A DNA stretch of 64,000 nucleotides from Gammaproteobacteria bacterium (lineage in GTDB: Bacteria; Pseudomonadota; Gammaproteobacteria; GCA-002705445; GCA-002716945), in the NCBI GenBank assembly GCA_047611265.1, contig JBLFWM010000001.1, positions 82,155-146,154 on the forward strand, written 5' to 3'. The position numbers and the translations under genes are program-made. Positions within the stretch are counted from its first letter, which is position 1. Every line of letters begins with the position of its first letter. Of the stretch, positions 58,859 to 64,000 are shown in pieces. The notes under the pieces are model-generated. The model had not been told where the DNA came from and searched no databases. It saw only the letters and a list, made by a program, of their open reading frames with translations.

Positions 58859-60112
58859 ATGAAAGTATCAAATTTCCCAATTTTTACCCAAAAAGATGTC
58901 CCGTCTGAAGCAGAAATAACAAGTCATCAATTAATGATCAAATCAGGAATGATTAGAAAATTATCATCAGGGCAATACTCTTGGCTTCCTATAGGATTGA
59001 AAGTTATCCAAAAAATAGAAAAAATTATAAGAGAAGAGTTAAATGATATTGGATGCGCAGAAATATTAATGCCGTCTGTACAGCCTGCAGAATTATGGAA
59101 AGAGTCTGGTAGATGGGATGAGTATGGACCAGAATTATTAAGGTTTAAGGATAGGCATGAGAGAGAATTTTGTTTAGGGCCAACATTTGAAGAAGTAATA
59201 ACAGACCTGATAAGGAAAGATGTTTCTAGCTATAAACAATTGCCAATGAATCTGTTCCAAATATCTTCAAAATTTAGAGATGAAATTAGACCAAGGTTTG
59301 GGGTAATGAGAGCCAGAGAATTTATAATGAAAGATGCTTATTCGTTTCATGAGACACAAAACTGTCTAGATGATACATATGAAATTTATAAATTAGCTTA
59401 TAAGAAAATTTTCGAAAGACTGATGCTTGACTATACGATAGTTGATGCTGACAGTGGAAATATTGGAGGTAACGAGTCTAATGAGTTTCATGTAATAGCT
59501 GAAACTGGAGAAGATGATCTCTTGCTAGACAATGAATTAAATGGAATGAATTTAGAAATTGCAAAAATTAAATACTCTGAAAATAGTTTAGAATCAATAA
59601 TAAAAAAAACTGGCTTAACGCATAAGAAAGGAATAGAGGTTGGTCATATATTTAAATTAGGGCAAAAATATTCAGAAAAAATGAAGGCTAAAATAACCAC
59701 TAAAGACTCAAAATCAATAAACATGTTTATGGGCTGTTATGGAATTGGTATTACAAGAATAGTTGCAGCTGCAATTGAACAAAGTCATGACTCAAATGGA
59801 ATCATATGGCCGAAATCAATAAGTCCTTTTGAGGCTGTTATTGTAGAAATAGATGGTCATAAAAATAAAGATGTTAGATCACACTCAAATGAAATATATA
59901 GTTTATTAAAAAATTCTAAAAAAAATATAATTTATGATGATAGGGAAGCAAGCTTTGGTAATAAAATGAAAGATTGGGAATTAATTGGAATACCTCATAT
60001 GATCATCATCGGGAATAATGAAGCTAAAAATAAAACGGTTACTTATAGGTCAAGAACTGAAAATGCTAAGTCTGAAATCAAAATTGAAGATATAGCAGAT
60101 AAGATAAATTAA
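58859..60112 (+). CDS. proS: proline--tRNA ligase, short form lacking the editing (INS) domain
   Basis: SHQLM, ESGRW..YG, KFRDEIRPRFGVMRAREF, GIEVGHIFKLG, MGCYGIG; 417 aa. Confidence 0.93.
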   Translation: MKVSNFPIFTQKDVPSEAEITSHQLMIKSGMIRKLSSGQYSWLPIGLKVIQKIEKIIREELNDIGCAEILMPSVQPAELWKESGRWDEYGPELLRFKDRHEREFCLGPTFEEVITDLIRKDVSSYKQLPMNLFQISSKFRDEIRPRFGVMRAREFIMKDAYSFHETQNCLDDTYEIYKLAYKKIFERLMLDYTIVDADSGNIGGNESNEFHVIAETGEDDLLLDNELNGMNLEIAKIKYSENSLESIIKKTGLTHKKGIEVGHIFKLGQKYSEKMKAKITTKDSKSINMFMGCYGIGITRIVAAAIEQSHDSNGIIWPKSISPFEAVIVEIDGHKNKDVRSHSNEIYSLLKNSKKNIIYDDREASFGNKMKDWELIGIPHMIIIGNNEAKNKTVTYRSRTENAKSEIKIEDIADKIN

Positions 60113-60120
60113 TAAAATTT

Positions 60121-60423
60121 TTAATTGTCTAAAAACCTATAAGAATCTTTCTGTTTATTATGTTGCTCAATTGCCATCTTCGCTTGATTTAATGCTTCCT
60201 TAGCTAATTTAACTGCTTTCTTATAATTCTTTTTAGAGTGCTCTTTAGATGCTTTCTTGATTATTTTACTTGTGTCTCTCCAAGCATTATTAAGTTTCAA
60301 TGCCTGCTTATATGTTCGTTTAGCTTCTGAAATATATTTTTTTGATGATTGCTCGGTAGCATCTGACGCTATAATTGGGCTAATAAAAGCCATTAATACC
60401 AAAAAAATTAAAAATCGATTCAT
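60121..60423 (-). CDS. exported helical protein resembling the SoxXA-binding protein (SoxK family)
   Basis: Signal peptide from ATG 60423; AWRDTSKIIKKA...YKKAVKLAKEA..QA..A.EQ pattern. Confidence 0.55.
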   Translation of the reverse strand: MNRFLIFLVLMAFISPIIASDATEQSSKKYISEAKRTYKQALKLNNAWRDTSKIIKKASKEHSKKNYKKAVKLAKEALNQAKMAIEQHNKQKDSYRFLDN

Positions 60424-60479
60424 AATATTCTTCTTAAAAAGTTTTATTTTATCACTCATATAGAATATCCTAATCTATA

Positions 60480-61043
60480 ATGAATGTTCTTATTATATAT
60501 TATTCTGCAAATGGCTCAACGAAAAAAATGGCTAGATTAATAGCTAGAGGTGTAGAAATGATTGAAGGTGTTTCATCTGTGATTCGAACAGTTGCCAATA
60601 TATCTGGTAATGACATTGTCAGTACTGATGCTATCGTAGATAAATCAGATTTAGATAAATGTAATGGAATAATAATTGGTAGCCCAACTCATTTTGGGAA
60701 TATGTCTGGATCAATGAAAGCTTTTATCGATACGACAACTACAGAATGGTTTAATGGATGTTTGACTGGAAAACCAGGAGGGGTATTTACCTCGACATCA
60801 AGTATGCATGGCGGTCAAGAATCAACCCTATTAAGTATGATGCTACCCCTGCTTCACCATGGAGTAATTATTACAGGTATACCATATAGCGAAAAAAAAC
60901 TTAGCACTACTAAGAGCGGAGGAACCCCTTATGGTCCAAGTCATGTTTCATTTAAATCAGATACGGAGATAACTGATGATGAAAAAGAGATGTGCATAAG
61001 CTTCGGAAAAAGAATAGCCATGCTAGCAAAAAAATTGGACTAA
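60480..61043 (+). CDS. wrbA: NAD(P)H:quinone oxidoreductase (flavodoxin fold)
   Basis: YYS..GST, GSPTHFGNM, HGGQEST, HHG, GGTPYG. Confidence 0.88.
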   Translation: MNVLIIYYSANGSTKKMARLIARGVEMIEGVSSVIRTVANISGNDIVSTDAIVDKSDLDKCNGIIIGSPTHFGNMSGSMKAFIDTTTTEWFNGCLTGKPGGVFTSTSSMHGGQESTLLSMMLPLLHHGVIITGIPYSEKKLSTTKSGGTPYGPSHVSFKSDTEITDDEKEMCISFGKRIAMLAKKLD

Positions 61044-61048
61044 TAAAA

Positions 61049-61744
61049 CTATCTATATTCTATAATTTTTTTAATGAAAGGTATGGTAATTTTTTTCTTC
61101 AACGATAATGATGTCTCGTCAATAAATTTAACGCAATTGCATAAAAAATATAAATCTCTTTTATAATGATTCATTATATAGTCACATACTTTAGGTGTGA
61201 GATTCCAACCTCGCTCATATGCATTTTTCTGCAAGACCTTTATTTTATCATCGTCATTAAGCTCAGGTATTTCAAGTATTTGATCCCATTTAAGCCTAGA
61301 GACTAAGTCAGGAATTGTGCAATTAATATTATTTAGTTTTTCAGTAGACGTTATAATTATACTTTTTTTCATTAAAATAAATTCATTAATTAAAAAAAAA
61401 ATATTTTCTTCATAAGCAATATTAGTAATTAAAAAATCAATATCATCAATTATAAGTGAATCATTTTTTAATATATCTTGGAGACTTGCCGATAATATAT
61501 TCTTTCTATTTAATATAAAGATACTTTTGTTAGTTGAATTATTTACTGCCAAACAAAGATGTGTTTTCCCACTAGAATGGTTTCCTCTTATGAAGACAAT
61601 ATTTGTTCTATTAGATATAGCTAAATCCCTTAAGAGTTCAACAGTAATACTATTTTTACCAATAACAAAATTATCGAAGCTCTTATCAGCAATAAAACTG
61701 AAATTAATAGGTATTTGATCTTTATTGAGTTTAGTTTCTTTCAT
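61049..61744 (-). CDS. hda: DnaA regulatory inactivator
   Basis: QIPI clamp-like motif, FDNF, SSGKTHL, IDD, PDLVSRL; divergent from purM. Confidence 0.78.
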   Translation of the reverse strand: MKETKLNKDQIPINFSFIADKSFDNFVIGKNSITVELLRDLAISNRTNIVFIRGNHSSGKTHLCLAVNNSTNKSIFILNRKNILSASLQDILKNDSLIIDDIDFLITNIAYEENIFFLINEFILMKKSIIITSTEKLNNINCTIPDLVSRLKWDQILEIPELNDDDKIKVLQKNAYERGWNLTPKVCDYIMNHYKRDLYFLCNCVKFIDETSLSLKKKITIPFIKKIIEYR

Positions 61745-61796
61745 AAAAGTATATAATTAATAGATTAATATATAATCAAATCTAAATCATTTAAAC

Positions 61797-62831
61797 ATGA
61801 AAAAAAAAATTAACAAACTAACTTATGAAAAATCAGGTGTCAGCATCAAAAATGCCGATAAACTCATAGGGAATATCTCAAAAAAGACTAAAAATACTCA
61901 CCCTAACGTATTGGCTGGCATAGGTGGATTTTCAAGCTTATATGCCCTGGATATAAAAAAGTATAAAAACCCAGTGATTGTATGTGGTACTGATGGAGTT
62001 GGGACAAAATTAAAATTAGCATCCAAGCTCAAACAGCATAGGTATATAGGGCAAGATTTACTAGCAATGTGTGTAAATGATGTAATAACATCCGGAGCAA
62101 CCCCTTTGTTTTTTCTAGATTATTTAGCTACAAGTAAAGTTGATATAAAATTACACACACAAGTTTTAAGGGGAATTAAAAGAGCTTGTGAATCCATTAA
62201 TATTCCACTAATTGGTGGTGAAACAGCAGAAATGCCCGGTATGTATAACAAGAATGATTATGACTTAGCAGGGTTTTGCGTTGGTGTTGTTGATAAAAAA
62301 AATATTATCAATAAAAATAGAATTAAAAAAGGTAATATTTTAATTGGTTTTGAATCAAGTGGTTTTCACTCGAATGGATTTTCTCTAATAAATAAATTGA
62401 TAGAAAACCGATCATTATCTTTAACACAAAAATTTAAAAATACTGATTTAGGTAAAGTTCTAATAAAACCAACAAAACTTTATGTTGATATTTTTGAGTT
62501 ACTAAGAGGTAAAATTAATATCAATGGTGCTGCGCATATAACTGGGGGCGGTTTAACAGAGAATCTGCCTAGAGTAATTCCAGACAAATATACTGCTCAT
62601 ATAGATGAAAGTAGTTTGAAAATTCCAGATTTATTTAAATTAATACAAGAAAAGGCCATGTTAAGCAAACAGGAAATGCTGAGAACTTTTAATTGTGGCA
62701 TTGGGATGGTATTGATAATTAATAAAAATGATATTGATACTTTTTCAAAGATATTTAATAAAACTCAATATAAACCGAAAATTATAGGTTATATTGATAA
62801 TCATAATAATAATAATATAGTTTATGAGTAG
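61797..62831 (+). CDS. purM: phosphoribosylformylglycinamidine cyclo-ligase
   Basis: TDGVGTK, AMCVND, GGETAEMPG, SSGFHSNGFS, HITGGG, TFNCGIGM. Confidence 0.95.
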   Translation: MKKKINKLTYEKSGVSIKNADKLIGNISKKTKNTHPNVLAGIGGFSSLYALDIKKYKNPVIVCGTDGVGTKLKLASKLKQHRYIGQDLLAMCVNDVITSGATPLFFLDYLATSKVDIKLHTQVLRGIKRACESINIPLIGGETAEMPGMYNKNDYDLAGFCVGVVDKKNIINKNRIKKGNILIGFESSGFHSNGFSLINKLIENRSLSLTQKFKNTDLGKVLIKPTKLYVDIFELLRGKININGAAHITGGGLTENLPRVIPDKYTAHIDESSLKIPDLFKLIQEKAMLSKQEMLRTFNCGIGMVLIINKNDIDTFSKIFNKTQYKPKIIGYIDNHNNNNIVYE

Positions 62832-63456
62832 ACCTAAATCAATAATATTTATATCAGGGAATGGGAGTAATCTCCAGAATATAATTAATAATATTAGCAA
62901 TGATTTTCTTAAGATGGATATAGCTGCAGTTGTATCAAATAATCCTGAAGCAAAAGGCCTGATAAGAGCTAAAGAAGCAGGCATAGAAACTATAGTAATT
63001 GATACATCTAATAAATATATTGATAAATTATTAACTCTGATAAATACTTATAATATAGATCTTATTTTACTTTCTGGGTTTATGAAAATATTACCAAAAG
63101 ATTTTACAGATAAATTTTGTGGAAAGATCATTAATCTGCACCCATCATTACTCCCAAAATTTAAAGGCTTAAATACACACAAAAAGGTTTTAGCTTCAAA
63201 AGAAAAATATCATGGCGCATCAGTTCACTTTGTAACATCGCAACTAGACGATGGGCCTATTATAATACAAGGTAAGACTGAAATACTAAAAAATGATAAT
63301 GAAGATACATTGAGAGATAGAGTTCATAAAATTGAACAGAATATTTTTCCTTTAGCAATAAAATGGTTTATAGAAAACCATATAAAACAAGTTAAAGATA
63401 AATGTTTTTTTGATAACGAGGAATTAGAATGCCCTATAGAACATTTGTCAAACTAA
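62824..63456 (+). CDS. purN: phosphoribosylglycinamide formyltransferase
   Basis: ISGNGSNL, GFMKIL, NLHPSLLP, HG.SVHFV...LDDGP. Confidence 0.94.
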   Translation: MSRPKSIIFISGNGSNLQNIINNISNDFLKMDIAAVVSNNPEAKGLIRAKEAGIETIVIDTSNKYIDKLLTLINTYNIDLILLSGFMKILPKDFTDKFCGKIINLHPSLLPKFKGLNTHKKVLASKEKYHGASVHFVTSQLDDGPIIIQGKTEILKNDNEDTLRDRVHKIEQNIFPLAIKWFIENHIKQVKDKCFFDNEELECPIEHLSN

Positions 63457-64000
63457 TTAATTATAAATATCTGATATTTATTTTTTTTCTATTCATTAAT
63501 AATGCTTATGCAGAAGAATTAATAATTTCAAAATATAAGTATGATCTTTACAAAGGTAATATCCATTTTGGTTCAAGCGAACAAACATTATTTAAAAATG
63601 GTTCTACTTATAAATTTGATATTAAAAGTAACTCTTCTGGGATATTTAAACTTAAAAAAGATGATAGGATGGAGACAACAAGTTTTGTAAAAGACAATGG
63701 TATGATAAAACCAATATCATATAAATTTAAAAAAGAAAAAAGAGATAGTTTTCAATTTATAGAAACTATTTTCAACTTAGATAACAATTATGCTTATACA
63801 GTTGAAAACAATAATAAACAAGAGCATATTGATATACCTTACTCTCTAGACAGACTATCTGTGCAAATTGATTTTCAAGAAAAAATGAAAACAGGGGTAT
63901 TCGAATATAAATATAATATTATTGATAAAGGTAGGTTGAGGAAATATTCTTTTATCCTGCATTCAGATGATATTATTGAAACAGTTTTTGGAGAGACTAG
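63429..64000 (+). CDS. DUF3108-like exported protein, truncated by the window end
   Basis: Hand translation MPYRTFVKLINYKYLIFIFFLFINNAYAEE...LDRLSVQ...ETVFGET, open to the edge; follows purN. Confidence 0.55.
   Translation, partial: MPYRTFVKLINYKYLIFIFFLFINNAYAEELIISKYKYDLYKGNIHFGSSEQTLFKNGSTYKFDIKSNSSGIFKLKKDDRMETTSFVKDNGMIKPISYKFKKEKRDSFQFIETIFNLDNNYAYTVENNNKQEHIDIPYSLDRLSVQIDFQEKMKTGVFEYKYNIIDKGRLRKYSFILHSDDIIETVFGET

Overview
AT-rich, densely packed chromosomal DNA with short or overlapping intergenic regions and no recognisable transcription factor in 64 kb. Gene content and order suggest a streamlined, probably marine, gammaproteobacterium (inference; no taxonomy search run). The first ~26 kb is a C1/organosulfur island. 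It has the H4MPT formaldehyde-oxidation genes (mtdB, mptG, fhcBADC, a pcbD-like gene) and a two-subunit NAD-linked formate dehydrogenase plus fdhD. Embedded in it is a co-oriented block: XylM/AlkB-family membrane di-iron monooxygenase, small Fe-S protein (missed by the ORF track), Cys-type GST, XylA-like reductase, small membrane protein, FadL-like outer-membrane channel, methanethiol oxidase (MtoX), SCO-MauG fusion and TlpA thioredoxin. The main hypothesis is that this block is an uncharacterised dimethylsulfide (methyl-thioether) oxidation pathway feeding formaldehyde into H4MPT/FDH. The remainder is mostly housekeeping: tRNA-Glu/gltX, TldD/E, an ArsS-type radical SAM cluster, LPS genes, purEK, panBCD, folK, the rpsP operon, dxs, queD (probable ATT start), folE2, dapA, a short proS, an orphan SoxK-like gene, wrbA, hda and purMN. 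All family calls come from motif recognition by eye, not database searches.
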